Below, one piece after another: positions 26,225 to 37,714 of a DNA stretch of 64,000 nt. Position 1 is the first letter of the stretch. The number at the start of each line of letters is the position of its first letter. The position numbers and the translations under genes were made by a program. Source of the stretch: Ostrea edulis (lineage: Eukaryota); NCBI RefSeq assembly GCF_947568905.1, contig NC_079166.1:60760001-60824000 (forward strand), read 5' to 3'. The notes under the pieces were generated by a model that saw nothing but the letters and a program-made list of their open reading frames with translations, was not told where the DNA came from and made no database searches.

Positions 26225-27832
26225 TTGAAAATTTCGGATTATTAAGTTTATCATTCGGACAAGTAAAAGTTCAGGTTTACTTGCCCGAAGATCAAGTGAC
26301 ATAAAAACTTCATGGCTATTCCTGACTGCTCATTGAATTGCATGTAACGGTAAATTCGTTATATTGCCACCTTATATTGGGCTTTATTGCCCAAATTGGT
26401 CTTGAACAAAACTTGGCAATATATCGAGAAATTTTGCAATATCCGAATGAATGTAGAACATTCACGTGATGGGGATTTAATGTAAGCATAGAATCAAAAA
26501 ATAAGGAAGGCTGTAAAAATATGATAAAAATTTTCAAATAAGAGACAAACAGATAAATGGTAAAAATGCACGTAACAAAGTGTCAGTGGGCCATGAAAAG
26601 AGCCTGATGTATCAACTGTTGCCAGAATTTTTAAAGGGAAAGGAAACCGAGATTGAGTTTTGAAAAAGTCCTTCCTCTATGCAATTTGTGATTTCCCGCG
26701 CTTGTGCGGGTTTTTATCTAGTAGCTTTATAAAATACGACACTGGGTATCTAAGGTACATGTAAAAGGTATAGTGTTCAAAAGTAGCAAACTGTGGTAAA
26801 CTATGTTCAATATGTTGATGCTGCTAGTAATATCCTTGTTTTTCTAGTTCATTCCAAACTCGGATATACTGACCCATCAACAGTGTTAGAGTACACACAA
26901 AACATCCGCAAAGGGTCAACATAACAAGTACATTCCAATGCACATCGCACTACAAATGTGATGATGAAATCACGATTCAGGGGGGTCTTAAATTTCACTG
27001 GAGCATGTAGTCGCCGTCATGTCTGTCCGTCCGTCCGAGCTCGTATCTCCTAAACCTTTCATCACAAATTGATATACTCAGCGGTAATCTATCACAAATA
27101 TTTCTTGAGACAAGGATGTTTGAACTAAGGTCTTTCAATGTCATTTTGGAAAGGTCGAGGTCACTCAGAACATATACCCCGCGATACCTTATATAAGTAA
27201 AAGTTCTTTATTTCAAAGGTTTTTGAACAGGCATTGATCGTATATCACGCGAATGGGTAATATGAAAATGGTTTTCAAAGGTCACTCAAGGTAAGGTCAT
27301 TTCGTAAATGTCAACGTCACTCAACATATATTATACGTAAAAAAAAAAAACTTCATTTCAACAATATTTCAACAGTTATTGATATGAAGTAGTTCGTTGG
27401 TTAGAGGCATTTCGGGGAGCATCCATCAGTTTTACTGATGTTCTTGTTTTTTGTGGGTTTTTTTGTTTTTGTTTTTTGTTGTTGTTAGATAATTCAATTA
27501 TGTACGCAATCGTACTAAATATTTGACCATTCGAATTTATGTATCAAAGAAGACTATCGTTTCATGCTTATTAATGGAGCCGGGGATCTTATTCGTCCTA
27601 TACATACACATGTAGTAGATAACATTTTGGTAAGAAATTCCAAACCTGTGAGTTTTATCTAAAGCCTAGATTAAAATATTTTTGTTTCCTATTTCTATGT
27701 ATTGGTAGGCAGGAAAGAAAAATACCTTTAAAACGGAAATGTGATATCCAATGAGCCTCTGTACATTACATATAAAGAGCTTCAATAAGTGTACCTTTTC
27801 GCGATGAGCTAATTAAAAAAATATTGAGTTAT

Positions 27833-28207
27833 ATTGGTACCGGATAAGTTTTACATTATGACCCCTGGGTCGAGGCCTCTGCTGGTAGACTGTTAGTCCC
27901 CGAGGGTCTCTACAGCCCAGTAGCTAAGTACTTCGTTACTAGCTTGCAAATACGGATGTATATTTAATTGCTGTTTTAAAATTTAGAAATTCATTTCAAA
28001 ATTAAGGATTATCTCCCTCACGCATAGCTCTTATCCTTAGACGAATTTGACTCCACTTTTTGGCACACTGTTTTTCCCTATAATAGCTCTAAAACTTCAT
28101 TGTTATTTCGGATTTCAAACTTTTCTGTTGAGCATCACTGAAGAGACATTATTTGTCGAAATGCGCATCTGGTGCATCAAAATTGGTACCGTATAAGTTT
28201 TACATTA
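27833..28207 (+). mobile_element. Retrozyme-like / Penelope pLTR-like 349-nt unit with terminal direct repeat
   Basis: 26-nt direct repeat ATTGGTACCG(G/T)ATAAGTTTTACATTA at 27833-27858 and 28182-28207; contains a hammerhead motif. Confidence 0.75.
28128..28180 (+). ncRNA. Type I minimal hammerhead ribozyme
   Basis: Stem I GCATCA (28132-37) / TGGTGC (28170-75); core CTGAAGA (28138-44); stem II GACA-TTATT-TGTC; GAAA (28158-61); palindromic stem III TGCGCA; AUC triplet with predicted cleavage after 28169. Confidence 0.85.
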
Positions 28208-28254
28208 AAAGAACGACTAATTTTTTTTAATAAAAGTCATTAAGGAGAAAATAA

Positions 28255-29120
28255 GTACTTACAAACCGAGGTCACGTGTTACAAAAGGCGGCACATATAT
28301 AAACCGAGGTCACGTGTTACAACAGGCGTCACACTTACAGACCGAGGTCACGTGTTACAACCGGCGTCACACTTATAAACCGAGGTCACGTGTTACAACA
28401 GGCGTCACACTTACATACCGAGGTCACGTTTTACAACCGGTGTCACACTTATAAACCGAGGTCACGTGTTACAACAGGCGTCACACATACAAACCGAGGT
28501 CACATGTTACAGTAGGCATCACACTTATAAACCGAGGTCACGTGTTATAACAGGCGTCACACTTACAGACTGAGGTCACGTGTTACAACAGGCGTCACAC
28601 TTACAAACCGAGGTCACGTTTTACAACAGGCGTCACACTTACAGACCGAGGTCAAGTTTTACAACCGGTGTCACACTTATAAACCGAGGTCACGTGTTAC
28701 AACAGGCGTCACACTTACAAACCGAGGTCACATGTTACAGTAGGCGTCACACTTACAGACCGAGGTCACGTGTTACAACCGGTGTCACACTTATAAACCG
28801 AGGTCACGTGTTACAACAGGCGTCACACTTACAGACCGAGGTACCGTGTTACAACAGGCGTCACACTTACAAACCGAAGTACCGTGTTACAACAGGAGTC
28901 ACACTTACAAACCGAGGTCTCGTGTTACAACAGGCTTCACATATATAAACCGAGGTCACGTGTTACAACAGGCGTCATACTTATAAACCGAGGTCACGTG
29001 TTACAACAGGCGTCACACTTACAGACCGAGGTCTCATGTTACAACAGGCGTCACATATACAATCCGAGGTTTCGTGTTACAGAAGGTGTCACATTTACAC
29101 ACCGAAGTCCCGTGTTACAA
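28255..29120. repeat. 38-bp minisatellite (about 23 copies) running into a SINE 3' tail (to about 29225)
   Basis: Unit AAACCGAGGTCACGTGTTACAACAGGCGTCACACTTA(C/T), followed by CGATAAAGAACCCTCACTG..GGTGACATCTCTAAATGAGTGAAAA. Confidence 0.95.
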
Positions 29121-29955
29121 CAGGCCTTGATACGATAAAGAACCCTCACTGTTACAGCGTGATTCTCGCACATTTCAGCTATATCCATGTATGGTGACAT
29201 CTCTAAATGAGTGAAAACCTCTGTAAACAGCGAAAAAAAATCCAATTACAAAATGTTAGGAAACGCTGACACTAAACCAATAATCACAAAAGAAAGGCGG
29301 CCATTTTAGGTACTCTTTGTACTTAAAGTAATCCGCCTGTGGAAAGTATTTTAGAATCATATTAAAAATTCCTTATCTAATTATTTGTCATTGCCATCAT
29401 TTTTTTGTTGTTGATTGTTTTGCAAAAAAAAAACCCACCAACATCAGTAAATAAAATTTGCACCTTTAGTTACATGTATAATGGTACCACACGTTTTCAG
29501 ACTTAGAAACCGTTACCAATTTACTGTATGTTGTACAAAGCACGTAACTGATTGTGAGTAGATTTCAGTTCGTCAAATTTCTTGATATACAGGTGAAACT
29601 TTTAAAGTTGTTTCTATAATTCAAGACAAAATATAGAATTGATTATGTTTGTGTTTTCGATCATCATACAACCCTGTACATGCAAAGAAAAAGTAGTACC
29701 CCCTTTTCCCCACGTTTTTAAAAAAAATATCTTTTTCTGAGGTGGTTCAATGAACACCAATAACGTAATGTCTGTACAGTTTAACAGCATTTTTATTTAA
29801 AAACCCAGGAAATAAAATTAACAAATGTAATAAATAAAATAAATATTGATATAAACTACAATGGATTTCACACTATATACACCATTCTTCAAACTTAAAC
29901 ATAATGACGCCGCGACAGTCTCATAAAACAATCCCCGAAAAGCTACGAAACATCT

Positions 29956-32900
29956 CTATGCTGGTACATATGTCGAATCCATCTCTACTCTACATTTACA
30001 ATAATGTTTTGGACAAAATCCCTGCGTACAGACACTATTGCACCACTGTGAACCGATGGAGTTCATCTTAAATCTCAGGTCCATCGCTTCACACACAATC
30101 CTTCTTCTTACTGGGTGGCAGTTACATGTGCACGTGCCCAATGGACAGAATCCCTGGCGGCAATTAATTTCACACCAGTCATCGTAACCTTGTTTTATAG
30201 ACGAAGCTAAGCCGTGTTTGAATACAGAACAATATCTATCGCATTTCGGTACAGATTTTGGAACACCCTTTACAATTTCTTGAGTGAGTAAGCTGTTTGA
30301 CTGATCCGGAAGTGGACGAGTGTTATGGGTAATAGGAACGTCCTTCGATAGGGAAGCTGGGACACTATTCCCTTTGTCAGCAGCGTGTATGTAGTTTGAA
30401 GGCTCCGGATACAATTCATTGTCTGTTGGGTTGTTGAATGGAATGGCAACGGTCGGGATCAGTTTATTTGTGAGAGCCAGATTGTCGCCTCTTGCTGTAT
30501 CTGCCGACATACCTGTTAGACGAAATTAAGATATTGTAAATATAGCAATGTAACATAACATTTCAGTGGCGGATCCAGTACATTTTCAAAGAGAGAGAGA
30601 GAATACGCCCCAAGTTTGTACCTTTTCCCGCCCGCCCCCCCCCCCCCCCCCAAAAAAAAAACGTGGTTAAAGACTACAAAAATGGCAAAGAATGACCCTT
30701 TTTGTTTTAAATATTCATCTAAAGATGAGTGCAACACCCGTACCCCCACCCACTTGTAGACCCGTCACTGAATTTTGTTGCTTGGATATATACATGTATT
30801 TATATATTATTATATGATCACATTCTTTAATATTTGGATATAAAACGTAAGAAAGGACATGGTGTGTAGGTACCTAGTTTTGACGATGAGCATGAGAGGA
30901 ACTCAGACAATGGTCTGATGGTGGCGTCCACGTATCGTTGGAGATAGGCTGCCGGAGATTCGCCACAGTTTCGTTTTGCTGTCTCGAACAGACAGCTGCG
31001 AACCGCGGAGGCAAGTCTGAAAACAAAACAAAAAATTCTAATTATTTTCATCGACTCAACGGAATCTTAATTCATGTACATCTAAATGATGCTGACTCAA
31101 ATTGGCATTAATGTATGATCTATACATAAATATTGAATCACAATGTGTAATCTTTTTGTGTTCAATTTATAAATAGGCTACTGACCCGCAAAGTTCCTTT
31201 GACATCCATTTGAGCTCCGATAGATCGGACATTGTTAACACAAACGTTCTGATCAGTGTGATGGCCTCTGATGTACATTTCTGCATGCTCTTGTGAGAAG
31301 CCTCACTGAACAGGCAGTGAGCATGTTTAATGTAACCTACGGAGAAAGGAAGATAAGTCAAGGCAACTTTAAAGATATTCCGACTATGTGCTATAATATG
31401 GGAAAGTACATGTACATGTAGGTAGGTATGCGAAATCTACATTTCCCCCTCTTGAAAACGGGCAAATTTACATATAATTGTTATTCAAAATTGGTTATAG
31501 AAACGCAGCGACGCAGATAATCCAGATTGATAAACAAAATAATGAAAATAGAATTTCAGTTGAAATACATGTAAATAAAGTGAAAAAAATTTGAGTTCAG
31601 GAGAATTATTATCAACTTTTCAAAATGTTAGCCCTAAAAACAATTTTAGTGAAAAAATAAGTTAATCATTCTGATATTATTTTTGTCTCGTTATATAGAG
31701 TACCTACCCTGTTTGCCTTGGTTACAGAGGAAGAAGCCCGAGGACTTTGCGGTGTCGTACAGTAGACGGTCGCCTGGACTGCAGGCCGACATTTTGTTTT
31801 CAGTGCATGTAAACACTTTCTGTAGTCCACTGTTAGTAAAATATCAGAATATAGTGATTAAACATTCATCACACATTGACAGAGAGGGACATGAAATCAG
31901 TTAATATCTTTATACAATTAGATGTATTCCGATAGAGATGAAATGAAGAGATAACAACAATGCCACATTTCTTACTACTATTATATTGGGTAATTGTTGT
32001 ACCGTGTTCATTTCGTCCGTACGAAAGGGTAATAAAGTTCCGAATTCACCGAAAACCCTACCTCTCGGAGTACGTAAATTTAGTGAGTGGCTTTAAATTC
32101 ATCCAATTTTGACTTATAGTCAATTTTATTATGAGAGCAAAGGGGACGGAAATAAAACAGTGTTTGTGTTCCGGTATACAGTTGTGAATTACTTACTTGC
32201 AGACATTGTTGACCTTGACAAAAGGTGGAGTATAAGTCGGCGAGGAGCTGGGAATGAGATCCCCCATCGTGGCTGTCATCGGGGACCAGCATGCATTAGC
32301 AGAAGTTATATCGCAAGACTGACTTGAGATACCTGTTTCAGAAAGTAGAATGTTCGATTAGAAAGGGTTTGCGAAACTGACAAATTGTCTCCACAAACAA
32401 TAATCTTAATATACATGAATTTAGCGAACATACCTAACAATTGTGCGTTTTAAAATCGAGTGTTTGTCAGGAAGTTTTTCCTCATTTTTAAAGGAAATAT
32501 ATACTTGTATAACAATCGCCACAATTTTAAAATGAAGTGCGTAAAAATCATGATGATATTAGTACTAATTATTTTACATACCATTAAAAATACTGATGCA
32601 CAACAATATTTTAAGTAGGATCATCGTAGTGATTGTGTTTTGTCTTCAGAACAACGTAGAGTTATCTCTCTTGCTTGTAGTAGTGTGGAGAAGCCTATTG
32701 TGTTCTCTGAATGGCATTCCTGTTGTTTTTATTGAATAGGAAATCAACCAAGCGTGTCTCCTTACGTAAACAATGCATGACATACTTGGACCGCTGTGGG
32801 TTGTTTTACATACGTCCATCTGTCAAAAACATCTCCCCGCTCTGAGGGCGAACATTTAAAAAAAAATACGTCATAGAAGTGAACGATTGAGAAATATTGT

Positions 32901-33609
32901 GAAAAAATATGAAATATCAGTTTTAGAAAAATAATATTTTTTTTTTTATAAAAACCATTGGTCATTAATAACATATAATTACTGTTAATTATTTAAAAGG
33001 TGTTACAGCTAATGAGTAATGTCAAACCTCTAATTTCTTTCAGACGTAAAGACAGTGTTTGTGAATGCAATTCGATTGTAGGAAAAACAACCAACAATTT
33101 TATTATAGGTTGATAATATATATTATATATATTCAAATTTTCCAATAACGTTAAACTACTCATAAACTACTTAGAATCTCCACAAACATAATAATAAGAT
33201 TATTAAAATTGCTACATATTTGTATTCAGCTGATCTACGCCAAACTGTCTAGATAAATTTGTCTCCTGCAGGCCAGGAATTCAAGTACAATTTTCCAACA
33301 GTTTAATAAGTTCAAAATCCTCCTAATGTTGATACATTACAGGGAAAATTTAAAAAAAAAAGGGGGTTTACAGGACCACGCACGTAGTCTGCGGTTACTG
33401 ATTTATAGTTTCCGGTGGTCAGTTTGTACATAACATCACTCGTCATTTTCTGTTCTCAAAGATTGTTACACATGACTTTAATGCGTTTTTCTAGTGAATC
33501 GAAATACTCACTGAATGTTTTGAATAATATTTGATTATGATTATTTCCTTATACGTGCGCCTTGTATAAACAAAAACAAAACAACCAAAATCAACAAGGA
33601 CGAAAGCGT
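29956..33609 (-). CDS. Secreted Cys-rich protein, paralog A (about 387 aa; exon 1 uncertain)
   Basis: Exons (minus) 32332-32197, 31829-31708, 31336-31186, 31016-30874, 30512-29956 splice in frame with GT-AG. Candidate signal-peptide exon 33609-33555 begins with ACG, not ATG. N-domain CDITSANAC..VC..TCTENKMSAC..FFLCNQGKQGYIKHAHCL..ELC..SCL..NCG..SC; C-terminal WCEINCRQGFCPLGTCTC and WCNSVCTQGFCPKHYCKC. Confidence 0.85.
30565..30768. mobile_element. hAT-like MITE in paralog A intron 5
   Basis: Ends CAGTGGCGGATCC ... GACCCGTCACTG. Confidence 0.55.
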
Positions 33610-33747
33610 CTAGTGTCGTTTATCAATGTAAGAAATATCATTTCTGTGCTGTGTATGTGAGGTTTATATGGCGAACGCTCGGAGTTCAGGATGTTGACAA
33701 TGTTTTCCTAAAGTTATGTACTCTTTCAGTTGGAGTATTAAAGAAAA

Positions 33748-34003
33748 TTGAATGATGCTTGTATCTTGTTTAACGTCCCTCTCGAGAATCTTTCACTCAT
33801 ATGGAAACGTCACCAATACCGGTGAAGGACTTCAAATTTACATGTAGGCCTATGCTCGGCGCTTGTAAACAACTTTTGAGCAGTGAGGGTTCTTTAGCGT
33901 GCCACACCTACTGTAACACGGGACATCCGTTTTTTAAGGTCATCTTCGAACTCCGATCTTCCGCATGCGGGACGAACGATCTACGTCTTGACAACCGCGG
34001 CGG
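33748..34003 (-). mobile_element. tRNA-derived SINE
   Basis: Reverse-complement match to 25015-25352, including tail and head remnant. Confidence 0.8.
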
Positions 34004-34584
34004 TTGTTTAAAGAAAAGGAAGCATTTATGGTGCTACGGTTTGTATTAAAGTGTGCTGTTTGTGATTGGGGTGTACAAATCGTAAGACTTACAGATTATG
34101 TTCTAAGGGCCTGTTATAAAACCCCGATTGTAGATTTGAAAGCCAGCAAGTTATATCGTAATTCAACAGCCTTCGTTAAACCAAAGTAGTATGATATATT
34201 TTGTCTTGAGAATTTTAGGGAGAACCAAACGTTTCTAGCATATTTCCAAAACATTTTTCTATTACCGAGAAGAAAATCTGGATGCATGTTGTCAGTTATG
34301 TTTATCAGTATTACTAGCACACCGAAGTATTTCATTTTATTTTCACGTGACTAGGGATTTTTGTTTGCCGCCACATAAACTCACACCTATATAAACCCAT
34401 ACCTGAAATGTTTGAAAACATACTATAGCACTTGTCATGTCACTCTTTGGAAATCGTTTAGACACAAATAATTTGCAAGAGACTATGATTGACTTTATTT
34501 AATTGGCTTTTGATGAGGTCTAGCTACTCATAACTATACGGACCTGGCTGTGGTGGTCAGTTAATAGTTGTCTGAGGTCTACTA

Positions 34585-35015
34585 CGACGTCAGTCAACCG
34601 ATACCTAACCACTACGACCTCCATCAATCAATACCTGTCCACTACGGAGTCAGTCAACCAATACCTGACCACTACGGTGTCCGTCAACCAATACCTGACC
34701 ACTACGACCTCCATCAATCAATACCTGTCCACTACGGAGTCAGTCAACCATTACCTGACCACTACGGCGTCAAGCTACCAAAACTTGACCACTACGGCGT
34801 CAGTCAACGAATACCCGACCTCCATCAACAAATACCTGACAACTACGGCGTCCGTCAACCAATACTTGACCATTACGACGTCCGTCAACCAATACCTGAC
34901 CATTACGGCCTTCATCAACCAATACCTGACCACTACGGCATCAAGCTACCAATACTTGACCACTACGACGTCAATCAACCAATATCTGACCACTAGGGCG
35001 TCCGTCAACCAATAC
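34585..35015. repeat. About 30-bp minisatellite, about 14 diverged copies
   Basis: Unit CAGTCAACCAATACCTGACCACTACGGCGT. Confidence 0.9.
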
Positions 35016-36246
35016 CTGATCAGCTCCGTAACTATTATAGTACAGTGATTCCGAAGGTCCGTCGGACATTGGCAAATGTCCGGTAATTTTTGTTTTGGTC
35101 CGAACATTATCAGTTATTGGCCGGACCAAGTGTCCGATAATTTTTTTTTTCAATGAAATACATGATTAGATAAATTTTCAATTTTTAGCAGCATGTCCCA
35201 AGATTTATTCTGTTCTTTAGTCATTGCAAACAGAAAACGTGTTTACGTTTAACTCAAATATCTATCAAACTTGCAATCATCTTCAATTCCCCCGAGAGGG
35301 TGATAATGCAATTGAGCAATATTCCGTGAAACTACTGACGTGTTTGAAGCGTTTGAATTAAGTAATAAATAACAGGTAAATATAGCGTTTAAACTATACT
35401 CTGATCAAGAAGTACTTGAGCAACTCGGGCACGTTTGTTTGAACAATTTGAATTTGAGTTACGCGATTTGCTGGAGTTTAAAGAAAACGTGTATTTCATA
35501 ACACTAGTGTTGAACACGGGTTGGTAAAGTTTACTCCACTGACGAATTTGAAGTGAAATGTTTGGGCTAATAAACTACATGTACGTCGCCGATGCTATTC
35601 CGAAGTCTGGGCCAGAAAGTTCAAATTTACATGAAAGTTTCCTGACATAGTGCAGATTCAAGTTTGTTAAAATCATGGTCCCCGAGGGTAGGGTAAGGCA
35701 CCATAATTAATCCCTATCATTTGAGAAAGGAATATGTAATTCATCTAATTTCAAAGATATTCAGGATGTTTTCAATTATTTTAAAAAAATGTCTTGTCAA
35801 AAGCATAATACGTAGAATTGGTATATAGATTGTTATTACACAAGGAAAGCACGTGTAACATATATTCAAACAAGTACTTCAAAAGTTGTTCACACTTGGA
35901 AGGCATGTATATAACGTCAATTTATTGAGAATTACATTGCAGTAAGCATGATCATATATTCTGTTTACTTCTGATATTATCGTATACTACTTATATACTT
36001 TTTATCATCTAATTTGGCAGCTTTTTAACAGTTCACTTGTGTTTGGTGTTCCTCAGTGCTGACTGAATGGACACGCAGAGCGAGGAATATGCTGACTTGC
36101 AGGCCTGGATTTCTCAAAATAAACTTAAGTCGAAACTTGGGCTTAAGTCTGAGATTTTACTCAAACTTTGGCTGCTCAAATAGAAGAAAACTCAAACTTA
36201 AGTTTGAGATTTTTTCGAGAAATCCAGTGCTGATCTCATCTATATA

Positions 36247-36424
36247 CAGTGAAACTTGTCTAATCCGACATACACTAGGATACCAAATTTTATCGGAATA
36301 CAAACTAGTAGTGTGTCGAAATAAACAGGGTAAAACAAGGGAAACACGAAATTGAGAATGAAACTAAGGGTCGAAATGTTCAGTCAAACGGATTGAAGAG
36401 GTATTGGATAAGGCAGTTTCACTG
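36247..36424. mobile_element. TA-flanked pogo/Tc1-like MITE
   Basis: TA|CAGTGAAACT ... AGTTTCACTG|TA. Confidence 0.75.
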
Positions 36425-37714
36425 TATTAAACATACATATGTATAATGTATAATCTCTGGTGATCGCACTGATGAGTCTACCGTTTACTGCTCTCGCATT
36501 TATCCTACAGACTAAAGACATGATAGCGATGACGATTTATCATATGAGGCATCTTGAAATGTAATATGTCTCAGGCAGAATAAAACTTAAATATTATTTC
36601 AGCACAACTTAACACATGTATTGCATTCCTTTATATAGATGCATTATACAGTTCCGTTAAGAAGGTTTGCATAGTAGTTCATTTGTAAGCTACAGAACAA
36701 GTAAATTTGCAAAAGCCTTATTTTTAGGGCACGATGCCAGATTTTGAAATATATATGTATACCACCAAGAATATATGAACATAACATTTGATCTAAAAAT
36801 GAATGTAATATTACTTGTATGCTTCAATAACGTATAATTATGTCAATAAACTAATGAGAAACTTAGATGACAGTTTTTGCTCCAAGCTGGAACCTATAGA
36901 TAGGGATATCTCAACGATGGCTGTATGCAAACAAGACGAAACGACACGATGAAACATTTCTTATAATGTGGCGTTTAAGTAAGTAAATTCTATCTAGAGT
37001 CTTCAATTCTAAAGTCAGCATTTCGCACATTATGTGGTCGTTATAATGATCTTATTTGAAAATTCAACCTGTAAATATTAAATCGAATACTGTCTGACGT
37101 GTTGCATACCTATTGTTAGACCGTTCTATACATAAAGACTTTGACCATGGGTTACCCCGTTTATCTGATCTAGATAGAGGGCTACGGACGGGTGGGGGTA
37201 GTCACCAGGGGAACACCCAGTGCGTGCTCCGTGTTTGTTTTTGACATTCTGTATTTTTTATAGGAGTTACAATATTCATTTGATCCCTGTTCATTATCTG
37301 AACTTTTTCAAATTATGTTATACGTCTCCATAAGAGTGAAATATTCTCGAGCGGGACGTTAAACACTGTACAATCAATCAATCAAATTATGTTGATTTTA
37401 TTATCTGAAATTATGTTAATGACGTCACTAAATTTCATTTCCCATCAAGATTTGAACATTACTCGACTCTCAGAGAGTGAAAGTGAAACTTGTAATGTTT
37501 GCAAATCAGACTTGGAAGAGTACAAATCTGATCCGTATTCATCAAACCTCTCGTAATGACAGTTAGAACGGCTGAGGAAGAACAAAGACACCAGAAAAAC
37601 CTCTTACAATTAAAAATATATATGTATATATTTTATTGCGAGAAAAAAATATTGCACTCTGTAAATAATTCAAGTTTGGAATTCTTTAGTAAAAAAAAAG
37701 GAAAGACATATGAA

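Noticed and set aside
28255-29120. CRISPR-like array or repeat protein ORFs (28580-28948, 28884-29138)
   Set aside because: Units are contiguous with no unique spacers, the context is eukaryotic, and the 38-bp period shifts frame each unit; the ORFs are by-products.
32761-32830. Alternative first exon for paralog A (ATGGACGTATGT..)
   Set aside because: Not hydrophobic, so it gives no signal peptide, unlike paralogs B and C; cannot be excluded without transcripts.
37479-37489. ISRE-like GAAAGTGAAAC downstream of paralog B
   Set aside because: Single isolated motif; a few GAAANNGAAA matches are expected by chance in 64 kb of AT-rich DNA.
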